Source of the DNA: a virus | DNA length: 64,000 bases | Virus record (IMG/VR): IMGVR_UViG_3300017748_000001 | Coordinates: 1-64,000 of that record | Reading direction: 5' to 3' (one strand) | In this document: positions 35,680-44,401 of the stretch, in pieces | How the letters are laid out: each line of letters begins with the position of its first letter | Position numbering within the stretch: position 1 is the first letter of the stretch | The notes under the pieces: generated by a model | Seen by the model: the letters and a program-made list of their open reading frames with translations, nothing else | What the model was told of the DNA's origin: nothing | Databases searched by the model: none | Made by a program: the position numbers and the translations under genes

Positions 35680-37584
35680 TTAACCTAACGATACAGCGGA
35701 TCCAAACTTATGGACAAATCCACCATCGCTTGCAGTGACCTTAATTTCATTAGATCCACCTAAATCATAAATATAAATTGCCCCTGATTGGTTATCTATG
35801 CTACTGTCACCAAACGCGCCGACTACAATCTTGCCGTCTGCAACTCCTACGGAACTACCAAAGTACTGATAATCCGTACCGCTATTGGCCATGAGTTTAA
35901 CTTCATTATTTCCATTTAGATCGTAGATATAAACAGCACCGGCGTTAGTTCCATTCTCATCCTCGTTGCGTGCTCCCACAACAATTTTGCCTTCGCCGAC
36001 TGCAATTGCGTCTCCAAAATAATCTCCGTTTGCGGAATCACTTGCCTTGATGTGGACTTCATTGGAACCATCTAGGTTATAAACATGAACTGATCCAGAT
36101 TCATTATCATTGCGGTATGAACCAACAACGATCTTATTTTCGCCAACTGCAACCCTATATCCAAAGTATTCCCAAGCGGTCACGTCGGCCGAAGTTATCT
36201 TAAATTCATTAGAACCATCTAGATCATAGACATAAACTGATCCAGAGGCGCTTCCGTTATCATCATCTCCATATGCGCCAACAACGATCTTGTTGTTTCC
36301 AACTGCGACTGATTGGCCAAAGTTATCCGATTGAGCTCGATCACTGGCGATTATCTTGACTTCATTAGTTCCATCTAGATCATAAACATAAACGGCTCCA
36401 TTATCAAATCCGTTGCCATCATCGCTGAATGCCCCAACAACGATTTTGTTGTCTCCGCCTGCAACGGAATAACCAAACTCATCACTTTCCGCAGCATCGC
36501 TCGCGGTGATCTTGACTTCGTTAGTTCCATCTAGATCGTAGATATAAACGGCTCCAGAGTCGTTTCCGTTATCATCGTCTTTATTTGCCCCAACAATAAT
36601 CTTGCCGTCACTAACTGCAACTGAGTAACCAAACGAATCGTAGGCCCCAGCGTCACTTGCGGCAATTTTTACTTCATTAGTTCCATCTAGATCGTAAACA
36701 TAAACGGCTCCTGCGCTTGTCTGGCCATTGGCATCTGCATAATAAGCGCCAACAACAATCTTCGCAGGAACTACAAATTGCACCGTAAATTCTGAAGTTG
36801 TATCTGTGATATTTGTTCCGTCACTTGCTCTAAATGTTAATGTGAAAGGAGCAGTATCGTTAGTATCAGAACTTCCTGTGATTGTGAAGACATTACCTGA
36901 TTGTGATACCGTAGAACCTCCCAAAGACCCGGCAGATACCACATGAGAAAATGTGATAGGATCTCCTTGAGGATCAGTAGCAGACAAGGTAATAACTGTA
37001 TCGCCGCCAGGGCTTAATGTATAAGTACCATCTGGAGTTGTTGTGAAACTTGGTTTCTGATCTACAAGACCTACACCAACCCAAGATGCACCTGTGAAGA
37101 TATAGAGTTTCTTATTTTCTTCTACAATTCCTTTCGCGCCAGCTGCGACTCCGCTTGAAGGTAAATCTGCAACTGTCGCATAAACAGTCAATGCATCGGG
37201 AAGCGCGGTATAAGATAGAACTCCAGTTCCGGAATTGTATGATAAATCTCCAGCAGCACTAAATGAACTTCTGACTCTTGAGTCAGTCACATAGAGATTG
37301 CTAGAACCTTCTGGGATCATACTAGAAACTGGATCTGTTGCAGTCGTTTCAGTTCTTAATTTTTTAACACCGAATGCAAGTTTCTCAATATCTTCAGTAG
37401 ATGCACTAGTCGCCATCGCAGATACTTTTGTATCCAACGCAGTTTCTAGATCTGCATCATCGTCTAGGTTCGCTTTTTCTATTGTTCTAGATAACTTGAC
37501 AATTTGATCCGCATTTGTAGCACTACCTAATGCTGCGAGTAGTTTTGTCTTGAGAGTGTCTCTTGCGGTAAACGTATTAGCCAT
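35680..37584 (-). CDS. Virion appendage protein, class Z copy 2, seven-bladed FG-GAP propeller
   Basis: N-terminus paralogous to 12313-14478; seven clear blades (FG.SVAVG..KIVVGA..DD.NG..SGAVYVYDLDG.NEVKI). Confidence 0.8.
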   Translation of the reverse strand: MANTFTARDTLKTKLLAALGSATNADQIVKLSRTIEKANLDDDADLETALDTKVSAMATSASTEDIEKLAFGVKKLRTETTATDPVSSMIPEGSSNLYVTDSRVRSSFSAAGDLSYNSGTGVLSYTALPDALTVYATVADLPSSGVAAGAKGIVEENKKLYIFTGASWVGVGLVDQKPSFTTTPDGTYTLSPGGDTVITLSATDPQGDPITFSHVVSAGSLGGSTVSQSGNVFTITGSSDTNDTAPFTLTFRASDGTNITDTTSEFTVQFVVPAKIVVGAYYADANGQTSAGAVYVYDLDGTNEVKIAASDAGAYDSFGYSVAVSDGKIIVGANKDDDNGNDSGAVYIYDLDGTNEVKITASDAAESDEFGYSVAGGDNKIVVGAFSDDGNGFDNGAVYVYDLDGTNEVKIIASDRAQSDNFGQSVAVGNNKIVVGAYGDDDNGSASGSVYVYDLDGSNEFKITSADVTAWEYFGYRVAVGENKIVVGSYRNDNESGSVHVYNLDGSNEVHIKASDSANGDYFGDAIAVGEGKIVVGARNEDENGTNAGAVYIYDLNGNNEVKLMANSGTDYQYFGSSVGVADGKIVVGAFGDSSIDNQSGAIYIYDLGGSNEIKVTASDGGFVHKFGSAVSLG

Positions 37585-37588
37585 TTAA

Positions 37589-40500
37589 TTATTCTCCTTT
37601 GAATACATAGATTGCGCCAACATTATTTTGACTTGCATGATCTTCGCCTTTTGCGGAGATTGCTATGAAAGTTCCTGATATTGCAACTTCGGAACCAAAT
37701 CTATCATCAGTTCCCCCACCAGAATATACATTTGGATCTTCAATGGTATGCAATAGATTTCCTGATACTACATCATAGAGGTAACACTTACCAGAGTCTG
37801 CTCCTCCGGCTCCAGTCTCATACCATGCACTAACTATTGCAGTTTGACCTTCGACATCAACTGACCAGCCCATGTAATCTACTTCAGTTCCACTGTCCGG
37901 ATTCGGGTTGTCAATGGTGTGTAAGAGTGTTCCTGTTGCGACATTGTAGAAGTACGCCTTACCAGAACCAGACCCTACAGCAGCGTCAGATTCGCCGAAA
38001 GCACCCACTACAAGATAGTTTCCATCAATCGCGCAGTCAATTCCGAAGTTATCCAGAGCACTTGTTCCGTGTGCATTAGGATTGACAAATGTATGAAGTA
38101 AACTACCAGCGTCCACAGTATAAACATATGCGACACCTGAGTTACTACCATCTGCAGCATCTTCTTCTACGGTAGAAACTACCATAAAGTTTCCAGAAAT
38201 ATCAACTACCTGTCCGAATTGATCCGGAGTAGATCCGTATACATTTGGATTTGTCAGTGTGTGTAGAATCGCACCTGTCGATGTAGAACAGATATATGCT
38301 TTATCCTGATTATATCCACCGACTACGATATAGTCTCCGTCAATCTTTACAGAGTGACCGAACATCGCACCAGAATCTGGGCCAGTGATAGTTCTCAGAA
38401 GTGTTCCTGTCATATCGTAGACATATACTTGATCTTGATCTCTATTACCAAGAACAACATGAGTACCATCTGTACCGACAGAGTTTCTTCTTCCGAAACT
38501 TCCTGCCGTTAATGGATTAGGATTGTTTATGGTCGCAGTAACATTTCCAGATACAGTATCTATGATATATGCTGATCCGTAACCACTGTATGCTTTGTCT
38601 ACTCCAAGAACGGTATGCGTTTCTGTCATATCTACTGCGAGATCTGACTCCCCCGTAGTTCCACTAGTAATATCGTACACACTCTTACCAGCCGTCTGGA
38701 GCAATGTTAACGGACTCCAATCTACTGGTGTGGATGAGCTAGAAGAACCACTGGAACTTCCAGCACTTTGTACCATTGCAACTGCTCGACCAAATTGATC
38801 GTTTGCTGCGCCATCACTTGCGGTGATTTTAACTTCATTAGTTCCATCTAGATCATAAACATATACTGATCCGGAATTATTGCCGCCATCGTCATCTTGA
38901 TTAGCCCCAACAAGGATCTTGTTGTTTCCAATTGCAACTGAGATACCGAACTGGTCATCGAATGCACCATCACTTGCTGTCAGTTTTGTGGGTGTTGCAG
39001 ATAAATTACTTGCGTCATATACATAAACGGCCCCAGCGGCATTTGCGACAGTAGAATCTCCTCGAGCACCAACTACGATGTGGGTAGAAGAAACTGCAAT
39101 CGATATTCCAAATTTGTCACTAGCAACACCTTCGCTCAACTTAGTCGGTTGTGCAGATAAATTACTTGCGTCATATACATAAATCGCACCAGTCGAGAAT
39201 TCTACCCCAGAAGAAACAACAATATAATCGTCATTTGCTGCTAGAATCAACCCAAACTTCTTATCGGAAGAACCATCAAACGCAGTTAGTTTGGTGGGTG
39301 TTGCAGATAAATTACTTGAGTCATATACATAAACCGATCCAGAATTCCCTCCGACATCATCGTCCTCTGGAGATCCTATTACGAGTTTATTGGAGGTTAT
39401 AGAAATAGATGCTCCGAAATCATCTCCATCTGCCACGTCAGCTGCCACTAGTTTTGTAGGTGTTGATGTTAAATCACTTACTTCGTATACATATACCGCA
39501 CCTTTGCCGTTTGTCGAACCGGAATTACGAGCACCAACAGCAAGTTTACCCTCACCTAACGCAACTACGTTTCCGAAAAAATCGTAGTTAGAACTGTCAT
39601 TTGATGTTATCTTAACTTCATTAGAACCATCTAGATCGTAGACATAAACAGAACCAGACGAGGCCCCGTTGTCGTCATCGTTCCGAGCTCCGATAGCGAC
39701 CTTTCCGTCATCAACTGCAACTGTCCATCCAAAGCTGTCTTCTGCTGCACCATCGCTCGCCGTGATTTTGACTTCATTAGTTCCATCTAGATCATAAACA
39801 TAAACAGAACCAGACGCAGCACCGTTATCATTGTCTCTCCATGAACCAACAATCATCTTATAAGTAACTGTAGAACCACCGGAACTTTCTTCAGAACTAC
39901 CGCTAGAACTTCCAGCACTTTGTACCATCGCAACTGAAGACCCGAATCGATAATCTGATCCCGCGTCATGTGCTGTTACTTTGGTTGCAGCCGCAGAGAG
40001 ATCAGATAAATCAAATATATACGCAGATCCACTATTGTTTACAACATCGTCATCTGTCTGGGAACCAACAATAAGTCTATCTGAATTTATAGAAATTGAT
40101 CCGGTTCTTGCGAATTGGTCATAATCAGATCCGTCAAATGCAGTCACTTTGGTCGGTTGAGCAGATAAATCACTTGCGTCATATACATATACGGCCCCAC
40201 TCATATCACCGTTGTCGGTATCTTCGTGCGTCCCAATGGCAATATAATCATCACTTGCCGCGACTGATGCACCAAATCGATGGCCGATGAAAGTATCATA
40301 TGCTGTTAGTTTTGTGGGAGATGCAGATAAATTACTCGCATCGTATACATAAGCTGCCCCGCTTACATTCCCAACTGTGGAATCATACCAGGCACCAACT
40401 ACAATATGATTAGAAGATACTGCTATAGAAACTGCAAATTTATCACTAGCGACACCCTCGGTTAACTTAGTTGGTTGTGCAGATAGATCGTTTGCATCGA

Positions 40501-41635
40501 AAACATAAACTGAACCAGTCGCGTTATCAAATCCAGCAGAAACAACAATGTAATCATCACTTGCCGCTACCAATGCACCAAATTTCTGATCGCCAGAACC
40601 ATCAAATGCTGTCAGTTTTGTAGGAGTTGCAGACAAATCAGATGTATCGAATACATAAACAGATCCGGAATTGTTGCCGAGGTCGTCGTCTTCTGGAGCA
40701 CCTACTACCAGTTTATTCGAAGAAGCAGCAATGCTTTTTCCAAACGAATCGTCATTTTGTCTATCGTGTGCTATTAGTTTTGTCGGCGCAGCGGTTAAAT
40801 CGCTTACATCGTATGCGTATACCGCACCCATACCACTGGTATCTCCATGAGCCCCGGCAAAAATAAATTCAGAATTTGCCGCAACATAAAGACCAAATCT
40901 GTCTCCGCTATCAATGCCCGCAGGAGTTAATTTAGTTGCTTGAGCAGATAAATCACTTGCGTCATACACATAAATTCCACTAGCACCATAATAACTATTC
41001 TGGTTTCCGACAACCATTAAAGTCGTCGCAGCACTAGAGCTTCCACCTCCAGATGATGCTGCGACTACAGCTGCAGTCTTCCATTCTGATCCGTCCCAGT
41101 ATTTGAGTTGAGATGCCTGAACATCAAAGACAACTTCCCCAGCACTTGCAGATGCTGGTAAATTTTGTGTTAGTGAGTATTGGGGAATATCAAATGCTCT
41201 TGAAGAGTTTTCGAATTTGCCGCTGACACTATTATATACAAGTGTCTGATCATTCTCTATAGTGGACAGCTGAACCTGTTGAAGTCCACCCATAGTGACT
41301 CCGCCCCAGTTTTTTGCAGTTCCATTCGTAGAAAAGAATTTTCCAGAATGACCAGATTGAGCACCAATAAACTCTCCCGATACGGAAGCAGTTTGTGGTT
41401 CTAACATATTTCCGATTGCCTTTCCAATCTTTTTCAAGTCAGATGCAGTCGCAGTTCCAGCAATTGCTGCTGCTCTGGTGTTGATTGCAACTTCTAGTGC
41501 TGCGTTTTCTGATTGTTCAAGACTTGGAGCAACTCTGGATATTTTTTGTAACTCATCCGCAGAGGCCGTTTGCGCGACCTCTGATGCTCTTTCACTAATT
41601 GATGTTATCGACGTTGATAGTTGTGCGTCAGCCAT
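37589..41635 (-). CDS. Virion appendage protein, class Y copy 2, three tandem FG-GAP propellers
   Basis: N-terminus paralogous to 14496-17387; about 21 FG-GAP blades in three blocks separated by Ser/Gly linkers. Confidence 0.8.
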   Translation of the reverse strand: MADAQLSTSITSISERASEVAQTASADELQKISRVAPSLEQSENAALEVAINTRAAAIAGTATASDLKKIGKAIGNMLEPQTASVSGEFIGAQSGHSGKFFSTNGTAKNWGGVTMGGLQQVQLSTIENDQTLVYNSVSGKFENSSRAFDIPQYSLTQNLPASASAGEVVFDVQASQLKYWDGSEWKTAAVVAASSGGGSSSAATTLMVVGNQNSYYGASGIYVYDASDLSAQATKLTPAGIDSGDRFGLYVAANSEFIFAGAHGDTSGMGAVYAYDVSDLTAAPTKLIAHDRQNDDSFGKSIAASSNKLVVGAPEDDDLGNNSGSVYVFDTSDLSATPTKLTAFDGSGDQKFGALVAASDDYIVVSAGFDNATGSVYVFDANDLSAQPTKLTEGVASDKFAVSIAVSSNHIVVGAWYDSTVGNVSGAAYVYDASNLSASPTKLTAYDTFIGHRFGASVAASDDYIAIGTHEDTDNGDMSGAVYVYDASDLSAQPTKVTAFDGSDYDQFARTGSISINSDRLIVGSQTDDDVVNNSGSAYIFDLSDLSAAATKVTAHDAGSDYRFGSSVAMVQSAGSSSGSSEESSGGSTVTYKMIVGSWRDNDNGAASGSVYVYDLDGTNEVKITASDGAAEDSFGWTVAVDDGKVAIGARNDDDNGASSGSVYVYDLDGSNEVKITSNDSSNYDFFGNVVALGEGKLAVGARNSGSTNGKGAVYVYEVSDLTSTPTKLVAADVADGDDFGASISITSNKLVIGSPEDDDVGGNSGSVYVYDSSNLSATPTKLTAFDGSSDKKFGLILAANDDYIVVSSGVEFSTGAIYVYDASNLSAQPTKLSEGVASDKFGISIAVSSTHIVVGARGDSTVANAAGAVYVYDASNLSATPTKLTASDGAFDDQFGISVAIGNNKILVGANQDDDGGNNSGSVYVYDLDGTNEVKITASDGAANDQFGRAVAMVQSAGSSSGSSSSSTPVDWSPLTLLQTAGKSVYDITSGTTGESDLAVDMTETHTVLGVDKAYSGYGSAYIIDTVSGNVTATINNPNPLTAGSFGRRNSVGTDGTHVVLGNRDQDQVYVYDMTGTLLRTITGPDSGAMFGHSVKIDGDYIVVGGYNQDKAYICSTSTGAILHTLTNPNVYGSTPDQFGQVVDISGNFMVVSTVEEDAADGSNSGVAYVYTVDAGSLLHTFVNPNAHGTSALDNFGIDCAIDGNYLVVGAFGESDAAVGSGSGKAYFYNVATGTLLHTIDNPNPDSGTEVDYMGWSVDVEGQTAIVSAWYETGAGGADSGKCYLYDVVSGNLLHTIEDPNVYSGGGTDDRFGSEVAISGTFIAISAKGEDHASQNNVGAIYVFKGE

Positions 41636-41690
41636 TCGGCAACTCCCTTAAATTACTTTGTTATTGACAGTATAAGGAACCAACCAAATA

Positions 41691-42230
41691 TTAAGATACT
41701 GGTACGCTATACCATCCTGATCCTGTGAAGATGTACAGTCTGTTGGTAGAAGTAACGAGTGCTTGATCGCCCGCGTTATTTCCACTCAAAGGTAATTCTG
41801 ATGAATTAGTATAAACTGTCAAACCACCCGCTGGGGCAGTGAAAGAAAATTCACCAGTCACTGAATTATAACTTACGTCTCCACTAGATTGAACTAGCCC
41901 TCTTGTTCCACCTTCAGAAAAATACTGGTTTGTAGAACCAGCAGGAACATCATCAGAACTAGAAATAGAAACACCGCCGGTGTCTACATCTCTTGTGATA
42001 AGTTTCTTAATTCCTCTACTTAACTTGTCTACTTCGCCTGCATTAGCAGTCGTGGATAGAGACAATGCTCGAATGTTGAAATCTCCCTCAACATCTCCGT
42101 CTGTATCCAAACCTGTATTCTTTGCGGCTCTAGACAACTTTAATACATTATCTACATCCGCACCACCGACCTCTGCACGAATTTTTGTTTTCATCGCGCC
42201 GATTGCGTTTTGTAAATTTGAATCTGCCAT
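41691..42230 (-). CDS. Short, headless member of the appendage family
   Basis: Shares the helical N-module and the ALV..NRLYIFTGSGWY module, then stops. Confidence 0.7.
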   Translation of the reverse strand: MADSNLQNAIGAMKTKIRAEVGGADVDNVLKLSRAAKNTGLDTDGDVEGDFNIRALSLSTTANAGEVDKLSRGIKKLITRDVDTGGVSISSSDDVPAGSTNQYFSEGGTRGLVQSSGDVSYNSVTGEFSFTAPAGGLTVYTNSSELPLSGNNAGDQALVTSTNRLYIFTGSGWYSVPVS

Positions 42231-42266
42231 GTCTTTTATCCCTCGTTATTTTGTTTTATTATATTG

Positions 42267-42857
42267 TTAGGAAGCAACAAATGAACCGAATGCAGTCCAT
42301 GCAGTTCCATTCCAATAATAAATGTTGCTGTTCTCTAGAACATATGCAAAGTCACCATTGCTTGCACTTGCGGGCAATCCAGCAACTGAGTTATATTCTG
42401 CAGCGATAGTTTTATTTACTAAGGTTTCTCCCGTAAATCCAGAACCAGTATAAACTGGAACTTCTCCGTTAGAAACACTGGTTAAATCAGAAACATCTGA
42501 TAGTGCTGGTGTTCCCCAAGAGACATTTGTTCCGTCTGTTGTAAGATACTTACCACCATTTCCAGATTGTGTAGGAAGTTCTCTTCCTGTTTCTGTATTA
42601 GGTTGAACCAAGTCCAATACCTTTGACAAACTGTCAGAAAGATCTAAAAGAGTATCGACATCATCTTCTGTAGAAAGAAGAGACTCCAATCTTGCGTTGA
42701 TTAATGTTTCGATTGTTACATTATCAGTTTCTCTTAGATTCTTGACCATTCTTGCATATTTCAAGAGTTCGTCTTTGTTTGCGGTAGAGACTTGTGCTTC
42801 GATGTCAGCAACCATTGTAAGTCTTGCTGCGTCTAATGCGCTATCTAAATATGACAT
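42267..42857 (-). CDS. Short, headless member of the appendage family
   Basis: Helical N-module, LPTQSGNGGKYLTTDG linker, ends in YYWNGTAW. Confidence 0.7.
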   Translation of the reverse strand: MSYLDSALDAARLTMVADIEAQVSTANKDELLKYARMVKNLRETDNVTIETLINARLESLLSTEDDVDTLLDLSDSLSKVLDLVQPNTETGRELPTQSGNGGKYLTTDGTNVSWGTPALSDVSDLTSVSNGEVPVYTGSGFTGETLVNKTIAAEYNSVAGLPASASNGDFAYVLENSNIYYWNGTAWTAFGSFVAS

Positions 42858-42880
42858 TCGTTTTCTCCGTTATAATTCTT

Positions 42881-43756
42881 TTAGTTTGCAGCCGTTACTG
42901 CGACCCAAGGACTTTCAACAGTGATAGTCCCTACCATTGATGAGTGATTTCCACATTGATAGTATAGAGTAGAAGGAGCATCTGAAGGAACTGTGATTGT
43001 TACACTTCCTGATGTTGCTCTAGAATTTGTTACTCCACTTGTGTATTCTCCAGTATAACTTCCAGAATTGCTTGTCGCAAAGTAGAAAGGATGAGATGAA
43101 GTTGAAGTTCCATCAAGTGCGAATGTGTATGTGCTTCCTCTGTAGAAAGTCAATGCAGGATTATTCTCTGAATTAATAACATATGCACCAGTTACTGCAG
43201 TTACACCGTGAGTTACATTCTTCACACAATAGAATTTGAAGTCTGTACCACAAAGAACTAGTTCGCCTTTCTCACCATCTGTTGGGAGACTTGCGGCGTC
43301 TGCGTAGTATCGAATCTTTGCAGCATCAGCAGGAGTAGAAACAAATGCAGTTGAACTAGAATCGTAAACTAGAATATCTCCAGCGGTAGGAGTTCCAGAT
43401 AGGGCATTCATATCAGACAAAGATACTTTTGCCCACTGAGTAGACATACCATTTGTCTTTAGAATTCTATCGGATATACCAGTATCATCTGGAAACTGGA
43501 TACCATCTACAAATTTTGTTTCCAACATATTTGCGACAGCTCTAGATAGTTTAAGTTTTTCGTCAATCGTTGCAGTAGAATACAACGAACTTACTCTTGC
43601 GTTGACAGCAGATTCTGCTGTTGAGTCATCAGTCTTTTTGATTTTTTTAAGTGCTTCGGTGATGTCAGCAAGTTCTGATGCGGTTGCACTTGAAATAAGT
43701 GATTGACCTCTAGAAAGTACTGCAGCAATCGAAGTGCTTAGATTTGAATCCGCCAT
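42881..43756 (-). CDS. Appendage-family protein with a cupredoxin-like domain
   Basis: Helical N-module; C-terminal HPFY...LYYQCGNHSSMVG. Confidence 0.7.
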   Translation of the reverse strand: MADSNLSTSIAAVLSRGQSLISSATASELADITEALKKIKKTDDSTAESAVNARVSSLYSTATIDEKLKLSRAVANMLETKFVDGIQFPDDTGISDRILKTNGMSTQWAKVSLSDMNALSGTPTAGDILVYDSSSTAFVSTPADAAKIRYYADAASLPTDGEKGELVLCGTDFKFYCVKNVTHGVTAVTGAYVINSENNPALTFYRGSTYTFALDGTSTSSHPFYFATSNSGSYTGEYTSGVTNSRATSGSVTITVPSDAPSTLYYQCGNHSSMVGTITVESPWVAVTAAN

Positions 43757-43817
43757 TTATGATTCTCCTTTGCGAAAATTAGAATTAATTTAATCTCATC
43801 AAGTAATTGTATGTGTA

Positions 43818-43825
43818 TATTTATG
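43818..43825 (-). promoter_or_regulatory. Probable late promoter variant
   Basis: CATAAATA upstream of 43756; the only late-like site ahead of the six-gene block. Confidence 0.5.
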
Positions 43826-43875
43826 GATTTATTTCTCTCAAGACACCCGAAAATAGAAATAATTTTAAAATATTT

Positions 43876-44097
43876 TTAACTTTTTGTTTCCCTGACTTCT
43901 TGAGATGTACCAACGAAGTATAAACTACCCTCTAATACTCTCTCTGCGATATCAAAAAGTTCTCTCTGATATCTAATATATGCCATTTTTTCTTCTTTCG
44001 AAGAATTTGCATCATAAAAATTGAAGTCTTCTAGGTTCTTTTCTATCTTACTTATAAATGTAAGAAGTTGAGGCCCGTGTACAGTTCTCTTACTCAT
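43876..44097 (-). CDS. Small hypothetical protein
   Basis: 73-aa ORF overlapping the upstream ORF by 8 nt. Confidence 0.55.
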   Translation of the reverse strand: MSKRTVHGPQLLTFISKIEKNLEDFNFYDANSSKEEKMAYIRYQRELFDIAERVLEGSLYFVGTSQEVRETKS

Positions 44098-44296
44098 TTT
44101 CTAACATCAACTCCATAATAGTTAAATAGTTTTTAACTAATCGCAAATCTTCAGAATATCTTTCTCTAATATCGTCTTCATTAAAATCTGCGAGAATGCA
44201 GTTCTGTTTAAGAATACTAACCGCCTCTTCAATAGCCTCTCTCACTCTTTCCGGACTTTTCATTGTCTGGATATTATATAGTCTCATTGGAACCAT
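44090..44296 (-). CDS. Small hypothetical protein
   Basis: 68-aa ORF with an AAAGGA SD after a late promoter. Confidence 0.55.
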   Translation of the reverse strand: MVPMRLYNIQTMKSPERVREAIEEAVSILKQNCILADFNEDDIRERYSEDLRLVKNYLTIMELMLENE

Positions 44297-44325
44297 TTAT
44301 CTTTCCTTTTAAATGTTCACCTTAC

Positions 44326-44333
44326 TATTTATA
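44326..44333 (-). promoter_or_regulatory. Late promoter
   Basis: TATAAATA. Confidence 0.8.
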
Positions 44334-44353
44334 ATATATTTTCCGAAGAACAT

Positions 44354-44377
44354 AAAAAAAGGGGAGCAATGCTCCCC
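44354..44377 (-). terminator. Intrinsic terminator after the fibre gene
   Basis: GGGGAGC-ATT-GCTCCCC followed by T7. Confidence 0.85.
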
Positions 44378-44401
44378 CTTTTATCACTTAATAGATATCT
44401 A

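Noticed and set aside
33382-41635. Diversity-generating retroelement acting on the repeated adhesin sequences
   Set aside because: No reverse transcriptase in the window. The paralog differences I inspected are mostly synonymous third-position changes rather than adenine-specific TR/VR pairs.
41664-41694. Plus-strand TTGACA in the intergenic gap as an antisense promoter
   Set aside because: The best -10 candidate (TATTAA) needs a 19-nt spacer, so support is weak
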